This document shows positions 28,445-38,658 of a stretch of DNA of 64,000 bases, in pieces (position 1 is the first letter of the stretch; every line of letters starts with the position of its first letter). The notes beneath the pieces are model-generated. The model did not search any database and had not been told where the DNA came from. It saw only the letters and a list, made by a program, of their open reading frames with translations. The translations under genes were made by a program, and so were the position numbers. Source of the DNA: Candidatus Altiarchaeota archaeon (lineage in GTDB: Archaea; Altiarchaeota; Altiarchaeia; IMC4; SCGC-AAA252-I15); NCBI GenBank assembly GCA_043804895.1, contig JAZDIN010000024.1:11828-75827 (forward strand), written 5' to 3'.

Positions 28445-29151
28445 AGTATCACCTTCCTTGCCGTGACCCTCCATTCTGCGGAGTTCATGCAGGGTATCCC
28501 GTATTGTTTGCACGTGCGGCGTATGTTCTCCGAGTCGGAGAGGACTACGCTTGGAGTCTCCCTTGCGATTGCCACGCTCGCGTAGGGTGTGTCGTCGTTG
28601 TTGGCTTCCGCTTTGACGAACACCTGCGTCTTTGCGCCGCACACCTCCACCTCGCCCAATCCCTTCAAATCCAACGCTGAGCGAGCCTCAGGCCATATCT
28701 CACGAGGGACGCACACGAAACCGAACACCGTATGTAGCGCCTTAACGTCCTCGCAGGTCACGGCCTCGATGAAGTCCATCTCAGCTACCGCACTGCACGC
28801 TCCGAGCGCGATGCTATCATACTCCACATTCTTAGGTTCGGCCTTCCATTCCACTCTACACACTGAAGATGCACGGCTCCCAGGATTTTTTGGTGCTGTC
28901 CTCCTTTGATCGTTTCCTGTCGATTTTGATTTTTCGACCAACTGGTTTTTGATTGCCTGAGTCTCGTCGAGGTCGTTTGGTTGGTCGGCAGGCTGGCTTA
29001 GCACGAGCTGGGATATTTTAAAGCGGCAGGTTAGGTTCAGGCTGAGGGAGGCAACCGCCAATATGGCGAAGGATAGGATGAGTGTCCTCTCATCATGTCC
29101 GAGCATTCCCAAGTATCCTGCGAACTTCCCTACTAAGTCAGTCATCCCCAA
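28441..29151 (-). CDS. Membrane-anchored protein with putative C-terminal PIN-like domain
   Basis: N-terminal TM helix; YDS, VPREIWPE, NDDTPYASVA, VLSDSENIRRTCKQYGIP spacing as in PIN folds. Confidence 0.5.
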   Translation of the reverse strand: MGMTDLVGKFAGYLGMLGHDERTLILSFAILAVASLSLNLTCRFKISQLVLSQPADQPNDLDETQAIKNQLVEKSKSTGNDQRRTAPKNPGSRASSVCRVEWKAEPKNVEYDSIALGACSAVAEMDFIEAVTCEDVKALHTVFGFVCVPREIWPEARSALDLKGLGEVEVCGAKTQVFVKAEANNDDTPYASVAIARETPSVVLSDSENIRRTCKQYGIPCMNSAEWRVTARKVIL

Positions 29152-32100
29152 CCCTTGCCGGAAAAAGACTCCTCAGCGCGGACTTGACTTCATAAGCCAT
29201 GATGACGTTGCCGTATCCGCCTGCAACGAGAGCATCCCTTACGCCCTCAGTCAAGGCGATGAGTATGAGCGAGGTGTTCCCAATGGCAGCTTCGATTTTC
29301 CTTTGTAGCCCGTCCAATTCCTTCATCGTCAGGACCTCCACAGCTATCATCCTCCCGTTTGGTAGCTTTGCTGTGACGTCAGGCATCACCCGCTCATGCA
29401 TCCTGACTGTCATCTCATCGTCAGTTAGGCCGAGCCTGAATCTCACGCTCTCAAGGTACTTGAATATGAGGAACTTGCGCAGGAAGTGGATGGTATCCTC
29501 TGAGTCTGGCTTTTTGACGTAGTATACTTTCCTGTCATCCCGGCTTAATCCGATGTCCGCAACCTCCACGTACCCCTCACTCTTAAGCCTTTTCAGGTCC
29601 GCCTCCTTCAGGACTTCTCGCGGGAGGACCGGATCTCTGCTGGCGTCGAACATTAGGTTCGTTGTGGTCTGCGGTCGCGTCATCTCAAAAGTAATCCTCT
29701 CTTCCGGGCTGGTGGAGAGCATCCGCTTCTCGTACTCGCTTGCTAGGACGAATAGGGGAATCTTCACTGACGGCGTGAGCATGAGGACGTCGCCTGTGCC
29801 GGCGTTCTGGAGGAACATCCTCTGGTTCTCGGTCAAGGCGAAGCTATCGGCTATCATCCTCAACCCAACAGCCTCCTGCCTGAGGAGGAATTTCGTAGAT
29901 GTGTTGTTCAGTATCACATGGCCGCGCGGCATCCCTGTTGCGTCCTTTGACAGTAGGTCTTCGACGTTCTGGTCTATTATGACGACGCTCAGGTTCTCTT
30001 TCCTGCCGGTCCGGACTATGGGCCCGAGGTAGTCCTGGTTGTTCTCGAACACGCTCCATGCCTCGTCCACGAGTATCATCTTCCGCTTCTCCCTCCTGTG
30101 TTTGGCTACCCATGAGCGGATGTAGTCGAAGACGATGAAGAGGGCCATGGACCGCTCCAATGGCTTGAAGGCTGTGGTTGAGGATATGTCGAAGCAGACT
30201 ATGTTCTTGCCCTTAAGGTCCACCGTGGTCTCTTGGTTGAGGTATCTGAGGTCGCCTGAGACGAGGGGGGTGATGTAGCTTAGGAGGGCTTCAGCTGTGA
30301 CCTTCTTCCATGACTCAGCCCTGGAATTCGAATCTGAGGCGAACTGGTTGAGAGCCTCATAAACGCTTGTGAATGTCGGTGGCGTTTTACCCCAGGTGCT
30401 ATCATCGTCCGGATATATCCCCGCCTTCCTGTATGCGTTGTCTATCATCCTGTCCACTATGCCTGATGCTGCACCTGACAGCCGCTCGTCCATGTTCCCC
30501 CTGAGTATGTTGAAGAACGCCTTAACGCTACCCTTGCGGCCATCGTAGGTGTCGTTGCCGAGGTCGAATATGTTGATTGTCGACTTTGAGTCGTGACTGA
30601 GCCGTATCACCTGTCCGCCCATCTTCTCAACCAGCTTCCCGTATTCCCCCTGGGGGTCTATGACGAACATGTCGACGTCGTGCATGGCTTCGGAGAGGAA
30701 GAGCTTTTTCACGAGGAAGGACTTCCCGGAGCCTGAGCTTCCGAGCACCAGTATGTGGGGGTTAGGTTGCGTGAACACATCCAGTAGCACCGGTATGCCG
30801 TTGAGCTGGTTGTATCCTACGACGACTGCTCCGTCGCCTGCGTCCGCCAGGCAGCTGAGTATGAACGGGTAGGAGTCCCTGACCGCGCTTGAGGGGAATA
30901 GCCTGTCGCGGCGCTCCCCCAGCTTGTCCTCAGCCAGCGGGTAGCAGCTTTTCAATGCGTCCTCCATCTCCCAGTTAGCGACCCTCACCTGCGCGTTCAT
31001 CCCCTCCAACACGTCCTTGATTCGCATCACAGCCAAGTCGAGTTCCTTCTGCCCGTAGGCTTTGACGTTAACGTACAGCGCGACGTCGAAGCACTTCTCC
31101 TCGTCCCTTGATACACGGTTCAGAAGTTCCTTCACCTTCTGGAGGTTCACCCTGTCCTTCTCGGAGACTAGGAGGCATTCACGCTCCCTTGTCGTCACGT
31201 CAGTCTCGAGCTTCGTAATCTCATGCTGGAGGTAGTCGACGCTTGTCTTCTGGCTCAGGGGATGCATGTGGAAGACTATGTCAAAGTCTATGGGCTGCCT
31301 TATCAGCTTCGTCAGCCAACCGGGGTGGACGACAGCCGGGAACCGGACCGTGAACAGCACCCTGTGGAGTTTCTCCACCTCAGCATGGCTCTTGTGGAAG
31401 TCGAGTGAGGGGGGCATAAGCTGCTCAACAACGAATGATTTGCGGTCTGATGTGTTGCGGACGTAGTCAAGGCCGGCCTGCTCGAATCTCGCCTGCAGGC
31501 GCTCATCGTACATGGGGGCGAACGGATCCAATGAGTTTCCGAATCTCTTGAGCATCTCTTTCGCCTCTGACATCGCCTCCATGCCGTTGTGGAAGGTTAG
31601 TGGGCTGAACGCGCCTGAAGTGAGTTTGAACCTCGGGTTGTAGAAGTTGGCGTAGAACCTTATCAGGTCTTCTGTCTTAAGCCTCTCGCAGTCTATGCCT
31701 GAGTCCCTTAGGCTTGCCATCAGGTTTCTCGTCTTAGCATCAAGGTCCACCATCGCCTTCTTCAGCTGCCCACCCATGGGCTGGGTGATGATGATGTAGT
31801 AGTCGCGGTCAGTCACAGTCTTTGAGGTGACGACGCCGCGCAGGAAATCTGCGAAGTGTTCGAAGTAGCTCATGCGCTCGGTTTTTCCGCCAAGAAGCAC
31901 CTTCTCCTTCAGCCTCTGCAGGTAGCCTTCGACGTCTATCTCCGTCGATGACATGATTATCTGGATGTTGGTGCTGAGCTCATGGAGGAAGGTTCCGTAT
32001 CCTGCAAGCACCTTCTCTATGTCAGATTCGCTGAGGCTTGCCAAGTCCTTCGGCATCACCTTCACAGCTGACAGGAGTCGGTGGTCGGAGGTGAACACGG

Positions 32101-32404
32101 TGTCGCAGTCGATGTCATCGACGCCGATGAATTCCCGCATCTTCTTCGTGTTCCACAGGAGGCGTTTCCTGCCGCTTGCGAACCGAAGCCACAGGTATGT
32201 TTTTTCGTCGATTCCGAAGAATGCTATGCCGGCGTAGGCGAATATGTACAGTAGGCCATATGAGAGGACGATTATGGGCTGGTAGCCCCGGAATGCTAGT
32301 ATGATGCCTGGCACTGCTAGTGCGAGCATTATGGCGCTTTGTGTGAACGTGAGGTTGCCTAGGAATTTCTCCTTGTATTGTGAGGTAGCAAATGTCTCGA
32401 CCAT
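29138..32404 (-). CDS. VirB4-like T4SS ATPase with N-terminal PrgI/VirB3-like TM module and C-terminal PD-(D/E)XK-like domain
   Basis: EKFLGNLTFTQ plus two TM helices; GSSGSGKS, IDPQGEY, VDEAW, GRK...DQ; C-terminal H...PDV...IAVEV. Confidence 0.85.
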   Translation of the reverse strand: MVETFATSQYKEKFLGNLTFTQSAIMLALAVPGIILAFRGYQPIIVLSYGLLYIFAYAGIAFFGIDEKTYLWLRFASGRKRLLWNTKKMREFIGVDDIDCDTVFTSDHRLLSAVKVMPKDLASLSESDIEKVLAGYGTFLHELSTNIQIIMSSTEIDVEGYLQRLKEKVLLGGKTERMSYFEHFADFLRGVVTSKTVTDRDYYIIITQPMGGQLKKAMVDLDAKTRNLMASLRDSGIDCERLKTEDLIRFYANFYNPRFKLTSGAFSPLTFHNGMEAMSEAKEMLKRFGNSLDPFAPMYDERLQARFEQAGLDYVRNTSDRKSFVVEQLMPPSLDFHKSHAEVEKLHRVLFTVRFPAVVHPGWLTKLIRQPIDFDIVFHMHPLSQKTSVDYLQHEITKLETDVTTRERECLLVSEKDRVNLQKVKELLNRVSRDEEKCFDVALYVNVKAYGQKELDLAVMRIKDVLEGMNAQVRVANWEMEDALKSCYPLAEDKLGERRDRLFPSSAVRDSYPFILSCLADAGDGAVVVGYNQLNGIPVLLDVFTQPNPHILVLGSSGSGKSFLVKKLFLSEAMHDVDMFVIDPQGEYGKLVEKMGGQVIRLSHDSKSTINIFDLGNDTYDGRKGSVKAFFNILRGNMDERLSGAASGIVDRMIDNAYRKAGIYPDDDSTWGKTPPTFTSVYEALNQFASDSNSRAESWKKVTAEALLSYITPLVSGDLRYLNQETTVDLKGKNIVCFDISSTTAFKPLERSMALFIVFDYIRSWVAKHRREKRKMILVDEAWSVFENNQDYLGPIVRTGRKENLSVVIIDQNVEDLLSKDATGMPRGHVILNNTSTKFLLRQEAVGLRMIADSFALTENQRMFLQNAGTGDVLMLTPSVKIPLFVLASEYEKRMLSTSPEERITFEMTRPQTTTNLMFDASRDPVLPREVLKEADLKRLKSEGYVEVADIGLSRDDRKVYYVKKPDSEDTIHFLRKFLIFKYLESVRFRLGLTDDEMTVRMHERVMPDVTAKLPNGRMIAVEVLTMKELDGLQRKIEAAIGNTSLILIALTEGVRDALVAGGYGNVIMAYEVKSALRSLFPARVGDD

Positions 32405-32473
32405 CCAACCACCAGAGTATTCTGGTTGGTATCGGGTTAAAAGACAGTATATTAAAGGGTAGTAATACGGCAG

Positions 32474-32935
32474 TCACTTGGGTCTTTCGAGCTCTATCCC
32501 ATGCTTCTCCTTCACGACGTTCAAAACCACCATCGTATACGTCCTCTCAACGTTCTCCATCGCGTTGAGCTTCTTAACCAGCACGTTGAGGGCGTCACGG
32601 TCCTTGAACTTAGCGACCACAATGGCATCATACTCTCCTGTAACGTCATATACAGCAGTGACATTCTCCTCTTTGGATATCTTCTCCTCGATGTCAGGCA
32701 GACGGCCACCGGACGCTATAACCCCTATGACTGCAGTCAGGTCGTAGCCGAGCTTGCTGTAGTCTATGTCTGTGATGAAATTCTTTATGACTCCAAGCTC
32801 CCTGAGCTTGCTCACCCTGTTGTACACGGTCCCCTCCGCGACCTTCAGCTTCTCAGCTATCTCACGGAAGCTCCGCCTCCCATCGTACTGAAGCTCCTTC
32901 ACAAGCAGCATATCCAGCTCGTCTATCTTAGCCAT
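32474..32935 (-). CDS. Lrp/AsnC family transcriptional regulator
   Basis: IDELD...DGRRSFREIA HTH; VTGEYD. Confidence 0.95.
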   Translation of the reverse strand: MAKIDELDMLLVKELQYDGRRSFREIAEKLKVAEGTVYNRVSKLRELGVIKNFITDIDYSKLGYDLTAVIGVIASGGRLPDIEEKISKEENVTAVYDVTGEYDAIVVAKFKDRDALNVLVKKLNAMENVERTYTMVVLNVVKEKHGIELERPK

Positions 32936-32968
32936 CCAGATAATCCATCCCCTTCCAGGTAAAAAAGC

Positions 32969-33739
32969 TCATGCAACCTGGCTGACAATCAAGAGCAAAC
33001 CCACAAACCAGCAGTAGTAGGCGAAAACGTGGAACCTCCCCTCAAGTATCGTCTTCCAAATGAGCTTCAGGGAGAAGTAGCCGACGATGGCTGAGACTGC
33101 GAAACCAACGAATGCAATCGTGGGATTCAACCCGGACGCCATAAAATCCCCAGCATCCAAAGCCACCGCCCCGAATATGACAGGTATGGACATCAGGAAG
33201 GAGAATCTCGCGGCAGCCTCCCTCTTCACCCCCAACATCAGCCCACAACTTATGGTTGAGCCGCTCCTTGAGACGCCAGGAACGATTGAAACCGCCTGCA
33301 TCAGGCCTATCATGAACGCCTTAACCCCCCCTATCCTGTTTGACCCCTCACGCCCCTTGCTTACGAAAAGTAGAAGCCCAGTAAACAGCAAGCCGCCTGC
33401 AACGACATGGAGGCTGCTAAACAGCGATTCTAGGAAGTCCTTGTAGAGGAAACCGACAAGCCCTGCTGGGACGGTAGCCAAAACCACGTAAAGTGCAAGC
33501 TTGCCATCGTCTGACCTGAAGCCGCCACTCAGTATGGAGCTGGCAATCCTGGACAGGTCAGACCTGAGGAAAAACACAACGGATAGGAGAGTCCCGAAAT
33601 GGAGCAATACGTCAAATGATACGGGGACTGTAACGCCCAGAACCTTCTGGAATATTACCAGATGGCCTGAGCTTGAGATTGGAAGCCACTCGGTGACACC
33701 CTGAACAAAAGCCAATATGACAGCCTGAACGTAGTCCAC
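32969..33739 (-). CDS. uppP: Undecaprenyl-diphosphate phosphatase (BacA)
   Basis: QGVTEWLPISSSGH and PGVSRSGST motifs. Confidence 0.94.
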   Translation of the reverse strand: MDYVQAVILAFVQGVTEWLPISSSGHLVIFQKVLGVTVPVSFDVLLHFGTLLSVVFFLRSDLSRIASSILSGGFRSDDGKLALYVVLATVPAGLVGFLYKDFLESLFSSLHVVAGGLLFTGLLLFVSKGREGSNRIGGVKAFMIGLMQAVSIVPGVSRSGSTISCGLMLGVKREAAARFSFLMSIPVIFGAVALDAGDFMASGLNPTIAFVGFAVSAIVGYFSLKLIWKTILEGRFHVFAYYCWFVGLLLIVSQVA

Positions 33740-33791
33740 CTTAGATAATCACTATAATTCTTTTTAAACGCCCCGACCATAACTTACTCAC

Positions 33792-35081
33792 ATGAGGATA
33801 TCGGTAGTTGGCTCAGGATACGTCGGACTGATAACCGCTGCAGGCTTCGCAGAGAAGGCACACAACGTCCTATGCGTCGACATTGACGAGAGGAAAGTCG
33901 ACATGATAAACTCCAAAAAGCCCCCAATATACGAGAAGGGCTTGGCGGAGATACTGGAGCACGTCGTCCCAGGAAAGCTGAAGGCCACCCTCGACCTTGA
34001 AGGAAGTGTACTCGCCTCCGAGGTCACGTTTATCTGCGTCGGAACCCCATCAGACGACGACGGCAGCATCAACCTAGAGTATGTGAGGGAAGTGAGCAAG
34101 GAGATAGGCCGCATACTCGGGAGGAAGAGGGGATACCACGTTGTCGTCGTCAAAAGCACCATCATACCAGGCTCCACAGAGAAGCACGTTATACCTGCCC
34201 TGGAGAGGGAGTCAGGCAAAAAGGCAGGGAAGGATTTCGGGGTGGTGATGAATCCCGAGTTCCTGCGCGAGGGGGTCGCGGTCGAGGACTTCATGAACCC
34301 TGACAGGATAGTGATAGGAAGCATCGACCAGAAGGGAGGGGACATCATAGAGAGCATATACTATGAGTTCAAAAGCCCGGTGCTGCGGGTGAACCTGAAG
34401 ACTGCGGAGATGATAAAATACACATCGAATGCGCTATTGGCTACTAAGATAAGTTTCATAAACGAGGTCGGCAACGTCTGCAAGAAACTGGAAGTAGACG
34501 TGTATGACGTTGCGAAAGGCGTCGGACTAGACCACCGCGCCGGACCCCACTTCCTCAACGCAGGCCCCGGCTTCGGAGGCAGCTGCTTCCCGAAGGACGT
34601 GAAGGCTCTTGTACACAAGGCAATGGAATTGGGAGTCAAACCACGGCTTCTGGAAAGCGTCCTTGAAGTGAACGAACAACAACCTAAGACAATGCTGAAG
34701 CTTCTGAAAACAAAATACAAGCTTAAGGGTATGAAGGTGACAGTACTCGGCCTCGCCTTCAAGGCTGGGACTGACGATGTCAGGGAGAGCCCTGCACTGC
34801 CCATAGTAAGGGGGCTTCTGAAGGAAGGCGCCACCGTCACAGCCTATGACCCGCAGGCGATGGAAAACTGCGCTCAGGTGCTGAAAGGCAAAATAAGGTA
34901 CGCCCCAACGCTGAAGGAAGCCCTAGAAACAAGCGAACTGGCAATCATACTAACTGAGTGGGATGAGTTCAAAACCCTTGACTTCTCAGGCATGAAAAAG
35001 AAGCGCGTCTTCGACTCAAGGCACATACTCAAGAGGGACCTGGCGCCAGCCGACATCGAGTATGAGGGACTCTGCTGGTGA
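33792..35081 (+). CDS. ugd: UDP-glucose 6-dehydrogenase
   Basis: GSGYVG, NPEFLREG, GFGGSCFPKD. Confidence 0.94.
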   Translation: MRISVVGSGYVGLITAAGFAEKAHNVLCVDIDERKVDMINSKKPPIYEKGLAEILEHVVPGKLKATLDLEGSVLASEVTFICVGTPSDDDGSINLEYVREVSKEIGRILGRKRGYHVVVVKSTIIPGSTEKHVIPALERESGKKAGKDFGVVMNPEFLREGVAVEDFMNPDRIVIGSIDQKGGDIIESIYYEFKSPVLRVNLKTAEMIKYTSNALLATKISFINEVGNVCKKLEVDVYDVAKGVGLDHRAGPHFLNAGPGFGGSCFPKDVKALVHKAMELGVKPRLLESVLEVNEQQPKTMLKLLKTKYKLKGMKVTVLGLAFKAGTDDVRESPALPIVRGLLKEGATVTAYDPQAMENCAQVLKGKIRYAPTLKEALETSELAIILTEWDEFKTLDFSGMKKKRVFDSRHILKRDLAPADIEYEGLCW

Positions 35082-35112
35082 GACAACCGACCTTTTTTAT
35101 TACCAGTCTAAT

Positions 35113-35229
35113 ATTATAGCTGAGGGCATAACTCTTTAGACTTCGTAGGGGGTATATTAGACTTTGTGCCCTCAGATATATTCGAGAGCATAGAATCCAA
35201 GTCAAGAAGGTTATGCTCTCGACTATAAT
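35113..35229 (+). repeat. Twin-hairpin structured element, family 2 copy 2
   Basis: 12-bp stems 35120-31/35164-75 and 35182-93/35211-22; closing ATTATAG/CTATAAT; loops GACTT/AAGTC. Confidence 0.7.
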
Positions 35230-35237
35230 CCTAACAG

Positions 35238-36125
35238 GTGGTTAAGATGAAGGCTGTTATTCCGGCTGCGGGGTTAGGGACTAGGTTCCTTCCCGCCACA
35301 AAGAGCCAACCGAAGGAGATGCTACCCCTCGTAGACAAACCAAGCATACAGTTCGTCGTGGAGGAGTGCGTCGCCTCAGGAATAGACGACATACTCATCA
35401 TAACAGGCCGCGGGAAACGCGCAATCGAAGACCACTTCGACAGGAGCGTCGAACTGGAAGAGGTTCTAGACCACAGCGGCAAAAACGATCTGAAGAGGAT
35501 GGTAGAGTGCATCGCCGACATGGTTGACATACACTACATCCGCCAGAAGGAGGCGCTCGGACTCGGCCATGCTATTCTAAGGGCAAAAAAGCACGTCGGG
35601 GACGAGCCTTTCGCTGTCTTACTTGGCGACGACATCGTGTTCTCGAAGAAGCCTTGCACTAGGCAGCTGATAGACTTGTACGGGAAATACAAGGCGTCGA
35701 TAATCGCTGTGGAGAAGGTGCCTAAGGAGAGGATATCAAGCTATGGTGTGATAGGTGGCACAGAGACTGAAAGATGCCTTTGCAGGATAACCGACCTTGT
35801 GGAGAAACCAAAGCCGCAGGATGCGCCGTCCAACCTCGGGATAATAGGCCGTTACATGCTAACGCCCGCGATATTCGACCATCTGAAGAGGACGAAGAAG
35901 GGCGCCGGAGGGGAGATACAGTTGACCGACGGACTGAAAAGCCTCAACAGGAGGGAGGCGATGTACGGGTGGCAGTTTGAGGGGGTCAGATACGACCTAG
36001 GGAACAAGTTCGAGTACATGAAGGCTTCCATAGAGTACGGCACGATACACCCGGAAGTGGGACCGAAACTGAAGCACTACCTTGCGAACGTGAACCTGAA
36101 GGAGATTGAGGAGAAGTTCAAATGA
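35238..36125 (+). CDS. galU: UTP-glucose-1-phosphate uridylyltransferase
   Basis: [33 protein letters not shown]. Confidence 0.95.
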   Translation: MVKMKAVIPAAGLGTRFLPATKSQPKEMLPLVDKPSIQFVVEECVASGIDDILIITGRGKRAIEDHFDRSVELEEVLDHSGKNDLKRMVECIADMVDIHYIRQKEALGLGHAILRAKKHVGDEPFAVLLGDDIVFSKKPCTRQLIDLYGKYKASIIAVEKVPKERISSYGVIGGTETERCLCRITDLVEKPKPQDAPSNLGIIGRYMLTPAIFDHLKRTKKGAGGEIQLTDGLKSLNRREAMYGWQFEGVRYDLGNKFEYMKASIEYGTIHPEVGPKLKHYLANVNLKEIEEKFK

Positions 36126-37060
36126 AGAAGGCCTTGGTGACGGGCGGCGCAGGGTTCATAGGCTCGCACCTTTGCGACAGGCTCCTTAAGGGGGGATACC
36201 ATGTCACCTGCATGGACAACCTCATAACAGGGAACATGCGAAACATCGCCCACCTTAAGGGCGAGGATAATTTCAGGTTCATAAAACATGACGTCAGCCA
36301 GCACATAGGCTTCGAAGGCGAGTTGGATTACATACTGCACTTCGCATGCCCTGCAAGTCCCATAGATTATCAGAATTTTCCTATACAGACGTTGAAGGTA
36401 GATTCCATAGGGACCCTCAACACACTAGGCCTTGCGAAGGCTAAGGGCGCGAAGTACATGCAAGCCTCCACCTCGGAAGTGTACGGCGACCCGACAGTGC
36501 ACCCGCAGCCTGAAAGCTACTGGGGCAACGTGAACCCAACAGGCCCGAGGAGCATGTACGACGAGGCTAAAAGGTTCAGCGAAGCGCTTGTGATGGCGTA
36601 CCATCGGACGCATAAGATGGACACTAGGCTGGTGAGGATATTCAACACATACGGCCCTAGGATGAGGCGAAACGATGGTAGGGTGGTGCCGGCGTTCATC
36701 TCCCAGGCCCTGGCAGGGAAGGAGCTGACGGTGTTCGGGGACGGCACCCAGACGAGGAGCTTCTGCTTCATCGACGACGAGGTTGAGGGAATCTGGCGCC
36801 TAATGAACGTTGACTACCATGAGCCTGTTAACATCGGGAACCCCGGGGAGTTCAACATGCTCGAGCTCGCGGATATAATTCTCAAACTGACAGGGTCTAA
36901 GTCGAAGATGACTTACAGGCCGCTGCCGAAGGACGACCCGAAGCAACGGTGTCCTGACATCACGCTCGCGAAGAAGCTGCTCAACTGGGAGCCGAATGTG
37001 AAACTGAAGGAGGGCTTAATGAAGACTATAGAGTATTTCAGAGAGGTGCTGAGTGAGTAA
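36122..37060 (+). CDS. UDP-glucuronate decarboxylase (UDP-xylose synthase) family SDR
   Basis: [38 protein letters not shown]. Confidence 0.9.
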   Translation: MKKALVTGGAGFIGSHLCDRLLKGGYHVTCMDNLITGNMRNIAHLKGEDNFRFIKHDVSQHIGFEGELDYILHFACPASPIDYQNFPIQTLKVDSIGTLNTLGLAKAKGAKYMQASTSEVYGDPTVHPQPESYWGNVNPTGPRSMYDEAKRFSEALVMAYHRTHKMDTRLVRIFNTYGPRMRRNDGRVVPAFISQALAGKELTVFGDGTQTRSFCFIDDEVEGIWRLMNVDYHEPVNIGNPGEFNMLELADIILKLTGSKSKMTYRPLPKDDPKQRCPDITLAKKLLNWEPNVKLKEGLMKTIEYFREVLSE

Positions 37061-37976
37061 GGTTCTCGTCACAGGCGGGGCTGGTTTCATAGGCTCTAAC
37101 ACAACAGACCTCCTAGTCGAAAAAGGCTATGATGTGGTGGTCGTCGACAACCTCACCACAGGCAGGAAGAGGAACGTAAACCCGAAAGCTAAATTCTACA
37201 AGACGGACATAACGTCAAAGAAGCTTGACCAAGTCTTCAGGAAGGAGAAGCCGGACTATGTGATGCACCTGGCAGCGCAGATAGACGTGAGAAAAAGCGT
37301 TGCAGACCCGGCCTACGACGCAAGTGTTAACCTCCTTGGCACGATAAACCTCCTGGAGTCGTGCAGGAGGAACAAAATCAAGAGGATAGTCTACTCATCA
37401 TCTGGCGGAGCCGTGTACGGTGAGCCACAGTACAATCCAGTGGATGAGAAACACCCCATCAAGCCGCTTTGCCCATACGGCGCATCAAAGTACGCAGCAG
37501 AGAAGTACGTGGAACTTTACAACAAGAACTTCAGCATAGACTACAACATACTCCGCTACGGGAACGTCTACGGCCCGCGGCAGGACCCGCTCGGGGAGGC
37601 TGGGGTGGTGGCGATATTCACAGGACTCCTCAACAAAGGGATGCAGCCGACGATATTCGGTGACGGGAAGCAGACGAGGGACTTCTGCTTCGTCGGCGAC
37701 GTTGCAGTCGCGAACCTGACTGCGCTTGAGAGGAGTGGCAAGTCTATGGTTTATAACATCGGCTCTGGAGTCGAAACCTCTGTGAATGAAATCACTGAAA
37801 AGCTGATTGAGGCTACCGGCGCTAAGGTCAGGCCTAAATACGGTGACCCAATCCTCGGAGAGGTGCGCAACATATTCCTCAACGTGAGCCTGGTTGAGAG
37901 GGAACTCGGTTGGAAAGCCGAAACAGAGCTTAAAAATGGGATCTACAAGACTGTGGAGTGGGTGAAGAATGAGTAA
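37053..37976 (+). CDS. NAD-dependent epimerase (UDP-glucose 4-epimerase-like)
   Basis: [20 protein letters not shown]. Confidence 0.88.
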   Translation: MSKVLVTGGAGFIGSNTTDLLVEKGYDVVVVDNLTTGRKRNVNPKAKFYKTDITSKKLDQVFRKEKPDYVMHLAAQIDVRKSVADPAYDASVNLLGTINLLESCRRNKIKRIVYSSSGGAVYGEPQYNPVDEKHPIKPLCPYGASKYAAEKYVELYNKNFSIDYNILRYGNVYGPRQDPLGEAGVVAIFTGLLNKGMQPTIFGDGKQTRDFCFVGDVAVANLTALERSGKSMVYNIGSGVETSVNEITEKLIEATGAKVRPKYGDPILGEVRNIFLNVSLVERELGWKAETELKNGIYKTVEWVKNE

Positions 37977-38625
37977 GCTCATATCGGCGTCGATACTCTC
38001 AGCCGATTTCTCAAGACTAGGGCAGGAGATAAGGAGTGTGCAGGAGGCAGGAGTGGACTGGATTCACCTGGACGTCATGGACGGCTGCTTCGCACCGAAC
38101 CTCAGCCTAGGGTTACCAGTGATACATTCGATAAGGTCAGTGACAAAGCTGACGTTCGACACGCACCTCATGATACTGGACCCGCCGCGGTACATACTCC
38201 AGTTCAGAAAAGCCGGCGCTGACATAATCACAGTCCACGCCGAAGCGTGCACTCACATGAACAAATGCATAGAGTTGATAGTCTCATGCGGCGCCAAAGT
38301 CGGAATATCACTGAACCCCCAAACCCCACTCGAAAAAGTGGCTGACATACTTCCACAATTGGACTTACTGCTCATAATGGGTGTTGAACCAGGCTTCGGA
38401 GGACAGAACTTCGACCCCAACGTAGTCCCGAAAATCAGGGAGGCGAGGAGGATGATAGATGAGAGGGGGCTGAAGGCTCTCATCGAAGTCGACGGCGGAA
38501 TAAACGGCAGGACCGCGAAGGAAGTGTCAGAGGCCGGGGCTGACGTGTTCGTCGCAGGTTCATACATCTTCAACCACCCGAAAGGAGTGAAGGCAGCTGT
38601 TTCAGAACTCAGGAAACGTATTTAA
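37969..38625 (+). CDS. rpe: Ribulose-phosphate 3-epimerase
   Basis: SILSADF, HLDVMDG, PGFGGQ, EVDGGI. Confidence 0.95.
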   Translation: MSKLISASILSADFSRLGQEIRSVQEAGVDWIHLDVMDGCFAPNLSLGLPVIHSIRSVTKLTFDTHLMILDPPRYILQFRKAGADIITVHAEACTHMNKCIELIVSCGAKVGISLNPQTPLEKVADILPQLDLLLIMGVEPGFGGQNFDPNVVPKIREARRMIDERGLKALIEVDGGINGRTAKEVSEAGADVFVAGSYIFNHPKGVKAAVSELRKRI

Positions 38626-38658
38626 CCGGATACACTATAATTCTCACACGTGGTTGGC

